Assembly: GCA_951406725.2 (NCBI GenBank)
Contig: OX597821.1
Coordinates: 47,368,001-47,432,000 of the forward strand
Source of the DNA: Octopus vulgaris
Taxonomy: Eukaryota
Length of the DNA: 64,000 nt
Direction: 5' to 3'
In this document: positions 40,514 to 52,378 of the stretch, in pieces
How the letters are laid out: each line of letters opens with the position of its first letter
Position numbering within the stretch: the stretch's first letter is position 1
Position numbers and translations under genes: made by a program
The notes under the pieces: generated by a model
The model's database searches: none
What the model was told of the DNA's origin: nothing
What the model saw: the letters and a program-made list of their open reading frames with translations, nothing else

Positions 40514-40708
40514 TCTGTGTGGTCAGAGGTCTGTTCTGAGAAGAACTAGAACCTAAGATGAGCGCTGTGGTCAGAGGTTAGTCCTGAGGAGGACTAGAAC
40601 CAAAGACAAACTCTGTGTGGTCAGAGGTTCGCCCTGAGAAGGACTTGAACCAAAGACGAACTCTGTGGTCAGAGGTTCGCCCTGAGAAGGACTGTAACCT
40701 AAGACGGA
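40514..40708. repeat. 48-50 bp minisatellite, 4 units
   Basis: GGTCAGAGG at 40521, 40569, 40619 and 40667. Unit is approximately ctctgtggtcagaggttcgccctgagaaggactagaaccaaagacgaa. Confidence 0.92.
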
Positions 40709-40727
40709 TATTTGTCTGAGAACACTT

Positions 40728-40878
40728 CTTTTATAAGGCTTATGTGGCTCAAAACTAACTTCAGAAATGGAAAGCTGTGATTGGCTGCTTGGAACAATGG
40801 CGCGAAAATAAGCGGAGGCAAATCGCGTCACGTGACAACCAGCGGTGCGAATGTAGTAGAGACCACGTGTCAGCCAAT
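40728..40878 (-). promoter_or_regulatory. Pol II promoter-like motif cluster
   Basis: On the minus strand, in order: CACGTG (40864-40869), GTCACGTGAC (40827-40836), TTTTCGCGCCA (40798-40808), CCAAT (40780-40784), TATAAAAG (40728-40735). Activity is not shown. Confidence 0.55.
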
Positions 40879-40996
40879 CGGATTAGTGTTTACAACAATG
40901 TTAAACTAGCCGAAGATGTTTGTAATCTCGAACGAGATTATTCTTAATACTCTTCTCAAACAGTGAAGATAGCAATGAGTGTAACGATATTGCTAC

Positions 40997-41028
<32 letters not shown>

Positions 41029-41039
41029 CCATATACATA

Positions 41040-41275
41040 CAACAGAGAGATGTTTTTGTTTTACTTTTAACATGTAATACTGAAATAGTGGAGAAGATAT
41101 GATATTGCTGTGGGCTCGCCCTAGGCAAGAAGTTTTTTGCCCATGACACTCCCCAGACCCTAAGTAAGGCATGTGTAAAATTTGAATGAAATTGGTTATG
41201 TAGTTCTTAAGTTTTAGGGAAACGCACAGACAAACAGACAGAGAGACACACATTCTCAGTTTTATATATATATAT
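41040..41275 (+). mobile_element. 3' part of the Helitron-like element at 32319-33350
   Basis: Near-identical to 33120-33350 (taatactgaaatagtggagaagatatgatattgctgtgggctcgccctaggcaa). Confidence 0.75.
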
Positions 41276-41316
41276 ATGTACAGGTAGTTATATATGTATA
41301 TATATATATATATATA

Positions 41317-41611
41317 CTAGCAGTATCGCCCGGCGTTGCTCAGGTTTGTAAGGGAAATAACTATAAAGCATTTTTAGAGAGTTATAGCCAAAAAATAGCA
41401 AAAAAATGGAAAAAAATGATATGTCGAATTTTTTTCAGAACTGGGGGACCTTTTCAAAATTTTCGCTGCGTTAGTTTTGAATTATGACATTGGGCTATGT
41501 GTGTGTCAAGTTTCATCAGAATCGGTTGAAAGCCATGGTCAGGGTGAGGGTACAAGCAAACAGACACACAGAAACACGCACAGACAAACTGCCGTTTATA
41601 TAGAGAGAGAT
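41317..41611 (+). mobile_element. Non-autonomous Helitron-like element (Lep1/DINE-1 type)
   Basis: ACTAGCAGTATCGCCCGGCGTTGCTCAGG start, core AAGTTTCATCAGAATCGGTTG, (CAGA)-rich tract and TTTATATAGAGAGAGAT end, inserted in (TA)n. Confidence 0.75.
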
Positions 41612-42362
41612 ATATATACATATATATATATATATTTGAACTCCCCTACCTGTTTTCAATACCTCTGCTGAAGAATACAAATCCCAGAAGATGCTCACAT
41701 AAGAAGTTTTGTCTTTTCAACCTTCTTCATCTACCCTTCTATTTCTGTGCAGATCATAAACCCCTATTAGTACTTTCCATTATTCTGCCTATTTCATTAC
41801 CATGTAGACATGTAAATATAGTTTCAATAGTTTCGTCTTCCTTGTTGTTGCCTTAAGATAACCTTAGTTCATGCATTTCCATAACCGCAATATATTCACT
41901 TGTTCATTCATCTCTTGAAGTTTATCACACAGTCACTTATTTCTCTAATTTTGTCTTAGATTGTCTGACCGAAAACTCTCAAATTTCTCAATTCTATTTT
42001 ACTATTGTCAACATTTGCTGTCTTGTTAAATTAGGTTACACAAATCTCAAAAGAATATTTTTCTCCCTTGTGTTCTTGACCACTCCTAGTTGGTGCTGCA
42101 TTCATCCTTCCACCCCCTTGACTACTCCTAGATGGCGGTGTGAACCACCACCTGTACCGGAAGTTCCTATCCTTTGTCATCCTTTCGTTGTTTCCTATGA
42201 ACAATTCTAAAGGCTTTACGTCATCATCACCCCTACTTAGGGTTTATCTCCTATGTAAGGTAGTGATCATATTGTGCAAAAATATATAGTGTAGTGTATG
42301 CAGGTTGAACTGAAAGCTATTGTTTGCATATGAAATCTGCCAAATGCGAGCTTTCTTTTCAG

Positions 42363-45300
42363 GTACATGAAGTGGATGTCCCCCATCACAGGGTCTCATG
42401 GGCACATACCTCCCACAACCTCAGGGTTGGTATTCTCAACGTCGGCACACTGAAAGGTAGGTCTTGTGAGATTGTTGAGATGCTTGAAAGGAGATGTGTC
42501 AATATATGCTGCATCCAAAAAGTAAGGTGGAGAGGAGGTTCCACTAGGTTCCTCACAGGCAAAAACACAGGTTCAAGATTTTCTAGGCAGGAAACACTGA
42601 TGGGGTTGGGGACGTGAGTATAATTCTTGCGGAAAAATGGGTGGATAAGGTAATCGAGGTAGTCAGAATATGCGACAGAATACTTACAATTAGAGTAGTG
42701 CTTCATCATGGGTTAGCAACCATTATCTTGGACTATGCCCCTCAGATGGGGCTACCCAATGGACAGAAAGACTGATTCAATGACACCCTCTTGCAGACCA
42801 CGTTGTTAACAAACAACGCTTTGTGGCTGCTGACTTCAATGGACACGTTGGACAATATACAGGGGACCTCCATGGCTATGGTTTTGGTTTCCGCAATGAG
42901 GAGGGAACCAGACTGCTGGAGTTCTGCGATGCAAATGATCTTATGGTTTGCAATACTAACTTCAGGAAACCTGCCAGTCACCTAGCCATCTACTGTTCTG
43001 GCAGACACTCTAGCCAAATTGACTACAACCTCGCCAGAAAAAGGGAAATATGGCTGCTTATAAATGTTAAAACCTTCTTATGCGAAGAATGTACCCCACG
43101 ACATAGACTGATAGTTAGTGACTTCAGGATCAGGGTCAAGTGGATGCCCAGATGACCAGCATGGAGGAGAAGGGTCTGGAGGCTTAAAGATTCTATGAAT
43201 CTACAGAGATTTAGAGACATATTACTCAAAGCCTTTGATGAAATAGAAGGGAATATAGCTTCACACAATGTGGAAGACAACTGGAGGTTTCTAAAGGACA
43301 ACCTGCTGAGGGCCACAGTCCAGATCTGTGGATGGTGCAAAGTCCCCTCTCGACCCAAAATAACGTGGTGGTAGAACAATGTTGTAGACAGGGCTATTAG
43401 AGAAAAGAAACAGGCTTGGAAGGACTGGAAGAATGATGGTAGCATGGAATTGTATCAGACTGCCAGAAGGGGAGCTAGGAGACAGGTTTATTTAGCCAGA
43501 GGGGAAGCAGATCAGAAAAATTTGCCAATGTTCTGCGCCATGAGGACCAAAGTCTTGACACATTTCATGTTGCAAGACAGTATGTGAGACAATCGTGATG
43601 TTGTAGGAGAGAAATGTGTCCGCATGGATGATGGTTCTCTTGCACTAAATGAGGCTGCAAAGAGAGAGGTTTGGAGATGCCACTATGAAAGGTTGCTCCA
43701 TAAAGACAATGAATGGGAGAAAGAGAGTCTGCCGAATGTTGACCCAACAGAGGGACCAGCTATCCGAGTTGACAGTACCTTGGTAGATAAAGCAATTAAG
43801 AGTATGAAGACAGGGAAAGCCCCCGGCCCATCACGAGTCACTACAGAGATGCTCAAAATATCTGGCAGTGTCGGTTATATCTTAGTCACCTGTATAGTTA
43901 ACCAGGTGATACATGAAGGAGTCATACCCAATGACTGGTGTAGCAGCACAATAGTCAACTGCAACAAAGGTAAAAGTGACACTTTAGATACAAATAATTA
44001 CAGATGTATCAAGCTATTGGACCAGGTAATGAAGGTCATGGAGTGGGTCATAGCCCAACTAATTAGGGAGAGAGTCAGTTTACATGAGATGCAGTTTGGT
44101 TTCGTGCCAGGGAAAAGCACCACTGATGCTATATTTCTGGTAAGACAGTCGCAGGAGAAATACCTAGCCAAAGATAAACCTCTCTACCTGGCTTTCGTTA
44201 ACATGGAGAAAGCTTTTGTTAGGGTCCTCCAATTCCTTATCTGGTGGTCAATGAGGAAACTAGGGATAGATGAATGGTTAGTGAGAGGTGTGCAAGCCAT
44301 GTACAGGGATGCTGTCAGTAAGGTGAGGGTTGGCAACGAGTACAGTGAAGAATTCCGGGTAGAGGTAGGGGTCCACCAGGGTTCAGTCCTCAGCCCACTC
44401 CTATTTATCATAGTCCTCCAGGCAATAACGGAGGAATTCAAGACAGGATGCCCCTGGGAGCTACTCTATGCTGATGACCTTGCTCTAATTGCTGAGTCAC
44501 TATCAGAACTAGAGGAGAAAAATCAAGTGTGGAAACAAGGATTAGAATCAAAGGGCCTTAGAGTCAATCTAGCTAAAACCAAAGTCTCTAATAAGCAGGA
44601 AGGCAGGCAAACCACAAATCCCTTCAGGTAGTTGGCCCTGCTCCACCTGTACAAAAGGCATAGGTAGAAACTCTATAAGATGTACCCAGCGTAAGCTATG
44701 GACACAGAAGACGTGCAGCAATATCAAAGGCAGGCTAACTGGGAAGATAGTTTATATATGTGGCAGATGCTCAGGAGCAATAAACACTGAAAATGTGCAG
44801 AGAACAACTTCCACCACATTCCAGGGAAAAACACTAGTAGTACTTGATAGCAATCGTTACCTAGGTGACCAAGTCAGTAGCAGGGGAGGGTGCGCTAAAA
44901 GTGTAGCTGCTAGAATAAGAATAGCCTGGGCAAAGTTCAGAGAGCTCTTACCTCTGCTGGTGACAAAAGGCCTCTTGCTCAGAGTAAAAGGCAGTCTGTA
45001 TGACGCATGTGTACGAACAGCCATGCTACATGGCAGTGAAGTATGGGCTGTGACTGCTGAGGACATGCGTAAGCTTCCAAGGAATGAAGCCAGTATGCTC
45101 CGATGGATGTGTAATGTCAGTGTGAATGCTCGACAGAATGTTAGTACCTTGAGAGAAAAGTTGGACCTAAGAAGCATCAGATGTGGTGTGCAAGAGATAC
45201 GACTGCACTGGTATGGTCATGTGGTGAGAATGGATGTGGATAGCTGTGTGAAAAAGTGCCACACCCTAGCGGTTGAGGGAACCTGTGGAAGTGGTAGACC

Positions 45301-45946
45301 CAGGCAGACCTGGGATCAGGTGGTGAAGCATGACCTTCGAACATCAGGCCTCACCGAGGCAATGACTAGTGACCGAGACTTTTGGAAATATGCTGTGCTT
45401 GAGAAGACCTGACAAGCCAAATGAGACCATAACCCCATGGCCTAAGCCAGGGGTGTAACCAACCCACTTATGCGTACCTTTCATCCATTGGACACTAAAC
45501 TCTACTTGCAAAGACCTGTTGAGGCAAGTGAAATTGAAATCAAATTTCATGACTGGCATCCATGCCAGTGGAGCGCTAAAAGCACCATCCGAGCGTGATT
45601 GTTACCAGTGTCACCTCACTGGCACTTGTGCTGGTGGCACATGAAAAAACATTCAAGTGAGGTTGTTGCCAGTGCTGCTGGACTGGCTCCTGTGCAGATG
45701 ACATGTAAAAAACACCATTTGAGCATGGCCATTGCCAGTACCGCCTGACTGGCCCTCGTGCTAGTGGCACATCAAAGCACCCACTACACTCTTGGAGTGG
45801 TTGGTGTTAGGAAGGGCATCCAGCTGTAGAAACTCTGCCAGATCAAGATTGGAGCCTGGTGCAGCCATATGGTTCGCCAGTCCTCAGTCAAATCATCCAA
45901 CCCATGCTAGCATGGCAAAAGGACATTAAACGATGATGATGATGAT
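42363..45946 (+). mobile_element. RTE-clade LINE, near full length, inactive
   Basis: APE domain (LRVGILNVGTLKGR...AADFNGHVG...SQIDY...HRLIVSDF), RT domain (GVHQGSVLSPLLF, YADD), Cys-rich finger, C-terminal LHWYGHVVRM...GRPRQTW, 3' UTR and (GAT)5 tail. Several stops and frameshifts. Confidence 0.98.
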
Positions 45947-47929
45947 AAATATATATATAAATATGTGGTGTGCTATATATAATACTATCCGGTGATAACC
46001 CCTCCCTAGTTAGTCTGACTTCATCCTATTTTGGTTATTACACTATTTTCCTTTCTATGATGTTCTACCCTACTGATCATATTATGTATATTTGTAGTTT
46101 AATCAAGTCTCCTTTCGACTAAATTATATACCCACTAGAAACTATAAAATTATATACATACAATAGCACCTGTAAAAGTACAATTTATAAAATCTCTTCA
46201 GTCTGAATACCTTTAACTGCCCTCACTACTTCCATACTTAATACCTACTCCTTTTGTGTTACCTTTATCTCTTCTTTACCTCTAATTTTAATCCCCTGTT
46301 TCTTTATATGTAGGTTATATGTATGTCTTATTATTTTCTATGAATTGTTACTATTTTGTTTTCTTATTTTGATATCCTTACTTATTAATCTCTTATCCCT
46401 TATAAATTGTTATTTTCCTTGTTCTGAAATAGATATTTTTCAGTTACTTAAGTCTATGCAAGATGATTATACTATATCCATATAGACATATAAATCTTTG
46501 TGTATGTGTATATATGCATATATATGTGTGTGTATTTGTATGCATCTTTACTTTTTTCTGATTTCTGGCTTAAAATTAATAGATAGCATGTATATCTTTC
46601 CAGTTATTCCATAAGTAAATACCCTGAGCAGTCTTTATAGAAACCATCTAATAAGTAATTAATTAAGTACATGAATGAATATTAAACTGGTTCTATGTAA
46701 TCATTCCTTATTAATGTGTGTGATTGATATATACACACCTTTTACCTATTTTGGTTATGATATCATTTCTGAAATTCTGAAATTTTATTTTTATACAAGA
46801 TAACAATATTGTTTATAAACAATCACCCACAGTGTTCCAAAATAAAATTTCCTCTCTATTAATGTCTTAGGTTTCTTAGCATCTTGCTCCTTTAACTGGT
46901 AATTAACATCATGATTTAAAGTCTACCTTTATTCTGCCTCTTTTTATAGACAGTTACTTATATCCAACTAACTACTCCAAATATCTTATTTCTTCCCTGA
47001 GGAAAAGAGATACATATGATAATATTTATGACCATCCCTAGTCATAAGCTATCAACTCATTCTTGTCCTTTATTCAAAATAGACACAGTTTTCTAGTCTT
47101 AAATTTAGTAGTTGATAAAGAGATAAATGAATTAGAAATGAATTACAATCCCTTACAACACTATGATCCCACTAGGCTTTAATGCAATTCCTGAAAGTGT
47201 AGTTTCTTCTTAGCTACAACAGCAAAAACAGTACTTTCTACCATCTTCTTGCTCTGTTAAAATATCTGAGAAAAACTATATTAATGTGTCCAACTTGTTA
47301 AAATTCTATTTATTTATTTGTGCAGCTGAAGATAGCTTGAAATGGTTGTTCTGCATGACAACTGTTGCTTATTTTTATATATATATATATATACTAGACT
47401 ACCCATAACCCACTGGGTCACCTGGAAAGTCAGAGTTTCCCAGCAACAGAGTTTTGTTTTGTGAGTTTTTTTTTCTCTTCCAGGTTATTTTGCACACTTT
47501 CATCGAATGTGACATCGAAATCATGCATAAACAGTTCCTTACCCTAGAAGAGGAAAGATTTGGTTGCTATTTCTTGCATGTCCTGCTACAACGTAACAGG
47601 TATTTTGGGTCCTTTATCACAAATAGCTGTTACGTGGTAGCTGGGTGTGCTAGAAATAGCAGCCAAATCTTTGGAGCTGAGATACGTTGAATGTACTCGA
47701 AAAATTTTTTATAATGGTATTCCTTTGGGGCAACCTTTTGCTTTGACTCTCAGAATTGTCATCCAGATCAGCTAGTTTTGTTGGTTAATTTCTGTAAAAA
47801 TTTTAATATTTATTTAGTTTTGTTTTAAAATGAAAGATGTATGAATGTGTATATGAAATGGACATGTGTACGTGTGAGAGAGAAAGAAACCCACTGGTTC
47901 TTTCATTTGTCTGTGTTCCAGTGGGGTGG

Positions 47930-49330
47930 TAAAGACACTTTGAACTGGTCATTCAGTGACTCACTGGTCCTGGTTAGATTATCTGTGAGGAAGTCATCCT
48001 TCTGGAAGCGGGGTCATATTTTGCAGCAAACTGAGGCTATTTTTTTCATATAATGAAAGAAGGCCTTTGGGTTTGACTTGATGTTTTTCATAACCCAGGC
48101 TCTTTTGTCTGCTCTCTCCTTCACATAGGATTGTTTCAGGCTTTTTCAATCTCTATAAGAGTTGTTTTTAGGCAGGACCTTTCACTATTCTTGGGATGTT
48201 GGCTGGAGCGATTTGCAACCTTCAGCTATCATCTCATGAGGATCTTCCTATCCCTTGGATTCTTGCTCCTTTTTTTTGCTGGCCTTGTGCTCTGGGACAT
48301 ATTGCTGGCATATGGTTTCCCATGTCTAGTGTGGAGAGACATTTCAGCCAGTCCTGTGTGAGGATCTCTTTTTGGATCGATTTGTGGAAGTTCATATTGG
48401 AAAGATTTTGGGTGCTTCCTTTAGGCTGTATGTCTCTGGCTACTTTTGGTTCATATATAGACAGCTCTATTATATTGTGATCCAAAAGCATTGTGGACAT
48501 CACTTTCACACTATGAACAATGTCCATATTGTTTGTGAAGCAGAGATTCAATTTGTTATTCGCCCTGGTTCGTCAGAGCACAAGTTGCTCCATGAATAGG
48601 GCATTGGTGAGGTTGAGCAGGAATCCACCTGTGGTTGCTTGCAATGAGTCATTCCTGAGAGCATGAGGCCCTTGGGTCATTTGACACTGGGGAGGTCGAA
48701 ATCACCCGTAAGAAACACACTCACGTGATGTTCCAGTTTCATGAGGGTTTCTTTAATTCTTGTGAGGCAATCTTCAAACTTGCCTTAGTAGTTTGGAACA
48801 TCCGGTGGATGATATGTATTGTATATAACTATATTGTATTGTCCCATGTATACAGTAAGAGTGTCACATACTGAATTTGAGCATGACAGTAGGACCTGGG
48901 TCATGAGGTCCTCAAGATGTATACAGCAACTCCACCATGGGTCCTTTCCCTTCTGTCTGTTTGCAGTATGGTATATTTTGGTACGTATACTTCTGCATCC
49001 TCTATATCAGGCCTAATATGAGTTTTCCCGAGTGCTATACATAGGGCTTAATTGCATACAGCAAGGTCTCTCAGGAAAAAGATTTTGCTTTTGTTGTTGT
49101 GATGCAACAGACCTCCAATGTTTAGTAAAGATATTGGTGTGACGGCTGTGCTGGCATTAGGGGAGGCCATCTCATGTCTTGATTGTGGTGGTCTTGCGCA
49201 GTGGTGGGCAAGGTTCTATGTTTGCATTTGATGCAGCCAGGTCAGATGCTGCACAATCTTTTGCGCCATGCACAAAAAAGACTCTTGCTCAGCTGCTGCC
49301 TTTTGTATAACATCAGAAGAGCATCTCTGG
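47930..49330 (-). mobile_element. Decayed CR1-group LINE fragment (endonuclease region)
   Basis: LLNIGGLL..NNKSKI, VFLTGDFDLP, LDHNIIEL and KNIKSNPKAFFHYMKK motifs, with many lesions. Confidence 0.78.
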
Positions 49331-49399
49331 AGACGATTCGTGCCTTGCCTCTGGGAAGTATTTCTCTTTAAAGCTCCTGTAGTTCTGGCAGGGTCAATA

Positions 49400-49700
49400 C
49401 AAAAAAAAAAAAAACTGAAAAAAATTGAGAAATATCAGGCCTTAGTTAGAGAGCCATCGAAGATCAAGACAACAATTATTCCTGTAGTAATAGGTGCACT
49501 TGACACAACACCCAAAATTTTATCTAAGAAACTAAAAGAAATTGGAACTGAAACTCGTATTTTTAAATTACAGCAAAGTATCCTATATTCTGCAACAATC
49601 CAAAGAAAAATTCTTGAGATTTGAGGCAATTTGTCACCAAATCTTAAGATAAAATACCTGCTAAGTAAATCAGCATGCACTAGAGTATTAACAATAACTA
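49400..49700 (+). mobile_element. 3' end of an R4/Dong-clade non-LTR retrotransposon
   Basis: KIEKYQALVRE...TTIIPVVIGALDTTPKILSKKLKEIGTETRIFKLQ...IQRKILEI*, a typical RLE C-terminus. Confidence 0.8.
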
Positions 49701-49952
49701 CTTGGATCTGTGAAAAATTCACGGAAAACATAAATAATGTAAGCATCTATAAATTGTGTGCTCGTACCATGAGAAATGTTTCTATATTGTGACACCTACA
49801 GAATATAGAAAGAAGTGTAAAACTGGTAACTATATCATCCAACCAAAATATCTGTTACACAAGCACAAACAGAACTACTATTTACCCTTAAAATACATTG
49901 TACACATTCAAAGAACCTTCTTGGTTGTGTGGTATGAAATGTTCTTCTGGTA

Positions 49953-50268
49953 TTCTTTTACTCTCTTACTTCTGTCAGTCATTTGACGGTGGCCATGCTG
50001 GAGCACCACCCTTTAGTTGAAGAAATTGACCTCTGGACTTATTCACTGTAAGCTTGGTGCTTATTTTATCAGTTACTTCAGCCAAACAGCTAAGTTACAG
50101 TGATGCAAACACACCAACATCAGTTGTCAAACAATGGTGGTGGGGGACAAACACAGACACAAACATACACACACACATATATATATATATATATGACAGA
50201 CTTCTTTCAGTTTCTGTCTACCAAATTCACTCATGAGGCTTTGGTTGGCCCAAGGCTATAGTAGAAAG
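49953..50268 (-). mobile_element. SINE family A lacking its head
   Basis: Tail and body match family A. Cut at gctatagtagaa. Confidence 0.85.
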
Positions 50269-50749
50269 CACTCTTTAAACTATAGAGTGGAATTTCGTGT
50301 GGCCACCTGTTGGCAAACTTTTCTCCCCCACCCATTTTGTAGAGGGTATTACCCATTTTTCTAGGCTCTTTCACCGCTGTACCCCATTCAAAATTTGCAT
50401 GAGTTTTTGTATGAAAAAAGAGGAAGGGAGCGGGGCTTGTTTGTAGTTTCTAGAGTAAATGTTAAATGAGCCTGAAAAAGAAAAACACGGTCTTTCCCCC
50501 CGACCCAACTAAAAGACATGAACAACTATGAAAAAGGCAAATAAGTACCAGAGGTGGTGGGGAAACAAGAGATAACTAACACTCGATCGTTCTAGAACTC
50601 CCATAGTAAAAATGTAAACACCTGAAAAACGCTCGCTCTTCTCCATTGTTAAAAGTAAAGAAGCTGGAAAAGATCGATTGTATTTCAGTCTAATTGTCAC
50701 TGTAAATGTATCTATCACTTCACTCCTTTTCTCTACAGTGAAGAGAGTG
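50269..50749. mobile_element. Possible non-autonomous DNA transposon with CACT termini
   Basis: CACTCTTTAAACTATAGAG matches the reverse complement of CTCTACAGTGAAGAGAGTG at 15/19. No clear TSD. Confidence 0.4.
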
Positions 50750-50750
50750 T

Positions 50751-51080
50751 GGGTGCATGGCTCAGTGGCTAGGAGTATTCGGCCCACGATCATAAAGTCA
50801 TGCGTATGCTTCCCTGCAGCACACATTGTTCTTGAGCAAAGTACACTACTTCACTTTGCTGCAGTCCATACCATTGGCAAAAATGAGTTGTAGCTGAAAC
50901 TCAAAGAGGCCAGCCTTGTCACATTCTGTGTGAGGCTGACTCTCCCTGAGAACAACCTTATGGTATGCATGTCTGTGGAGTACTCAGCCACTTGCATGTT
51001 AATTTTATGAGCAGACTGTTCTATTGATCAGATAAACAGGAACCTCGTCGTCATAACTGATGGAGTGCCATTTTCAAAAA
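50751..51080 (+). mobile_element. tRNA-derived CORE-type SINE (family C)
   Basis: TGGCTCAGTGG A box and CORE-like TTCTTGAGCAAAGTACACT...CACTTTGCT. Apparent TSD AGAGTGT on both sides. Partial second copy at about 51370-51530. Confidence 0.7.
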
Positions 51081-51949
51081 AGAGTGTAAGAAATGAAACT
51101 AGGCACAAATATCATGTGTTTAGTATAAGTAGTGAAAGCTAAAACAAAATTATTGCCATTCCGTTGTGTGGTGACTTTGCCCTCAACTGACGCTCAGTTT
51201 CATAACAACAGCCTGCACATCAGTGTTAATCTGAGGGCTTGGCGTTCAGGTCTGTGAGACCTACAAATGCCACTGTTAGAACTGGATTAACACCTATAGT
51301 GAGAACCAATGACTAAAAAGATTTTCCTGCTCCTATAAAGGATCTTTTTTCATTTTCTTCTAGCCACTTGAAGGTTTATCTTGCTCTAGTCCACTCAGCT
51401 GGCCAAAATGAGTTCTAGCTGCAACTGAAAGGGCCAGCTTTGTCATATTCTGTGTGAAGCCGAATCTCCCTGAGAACTATGTTTATGGTATGCACGTCTG
51501 CAGAGTACTCAGCCACTTGTGAGTAAATTTTATCCTTGTGTGGTAATGAAAAGTGAAAGTGACATCTAATATTTGCTGTAGTTATTAACAATATGTCTAT
51601 GTATCTATATATCAACTTTTCTTTTGATCTATGTATCTACCATCTCTTTCACTTCTGCTTCCCTCCTCTCTCCCACTTTCAATTTAACAATGTGTGTATG
51701 TATCTATCTATCAACTTTTCTTTTTATCTATGTATCTACTTTCGTTGCAACATGATAAAAATTTAAAAACAAAACAAACGCCATCACCACTCACTGCCTC
51801 TCTCACTCACTCACTCTCTCTATCTCACTTCCTCTCTGTCCTCCCATTTTGCCACTCACTTCTTCCTTTGAAGTGTGACACACGCCACAGGGACAAACAT
51901 AAAAAAACAAGTTGGCGTATTAATATTCTTGATAATATTGATAATAATA

Positions 51950-52333
51950 ATCATCCTTTCTGCTATAGGCACAAGGCCTGGAATTTGTGGAGTTGGGGAT
52001 AATTAATTACATCGACTTGACTGGTAGCTAATTTAACGACTCCAAGTTGGAAGAAATGCCACCAAGCATTTTGTCTGACATGCTTACAGTTCTGTCAGCT
52101 CACCACCTTAATAATAATAATAATAATATTAATAACACTAATGATTTCAAATTTTACCACAAGAGTAGCAATTTTGCATCAACCTCAGTTTTCAACTGGT
52201 ACTTATTTTATCCACCCTGAAAGGATGGAAGGCAAAGTCAGCCACAGCGGAATTTGAATTCAGAATGTACAGTCGGGTGAAATACCGCTAAGCATTTTGC
52301 CCGGCATTCCAACAATTCTGCCAGCTCTCCACC

Positions 52334-52370
<37 letters not shown>
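51950..52370 (-). mobile_element. Two head-to-tail family B SINEs joined by (ATT)n
   Basis: Units at about 52141-52333 and 51951-52108, with (TAA)n tracts at 52108-52140 and 52335-52370. Confidence 0.75.
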
Positions 52371-52378
52371 GTCCTTAC

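Larger units (their letters stand above)
39814..40997 (-). mobile_element. CpG-rich LTR-like cassette (probable solo LTR)
   Basis: Begins TGTAGCAAT next to (TA)n and contains E-boxes, E2F, CCAAT and TATA motifs, tandem repeats, AATAAA and a terminal hairpin. No clean ...ACA end or TSD seen. Confidence 0.45.

Noticed and set aside
40514-40708. CRISPR-like regularly spaced repeats
   Set aside because: Whole units are similar with no unique spacers, there are no cas genes and the context is eukaryotic. It is a minisatellite.
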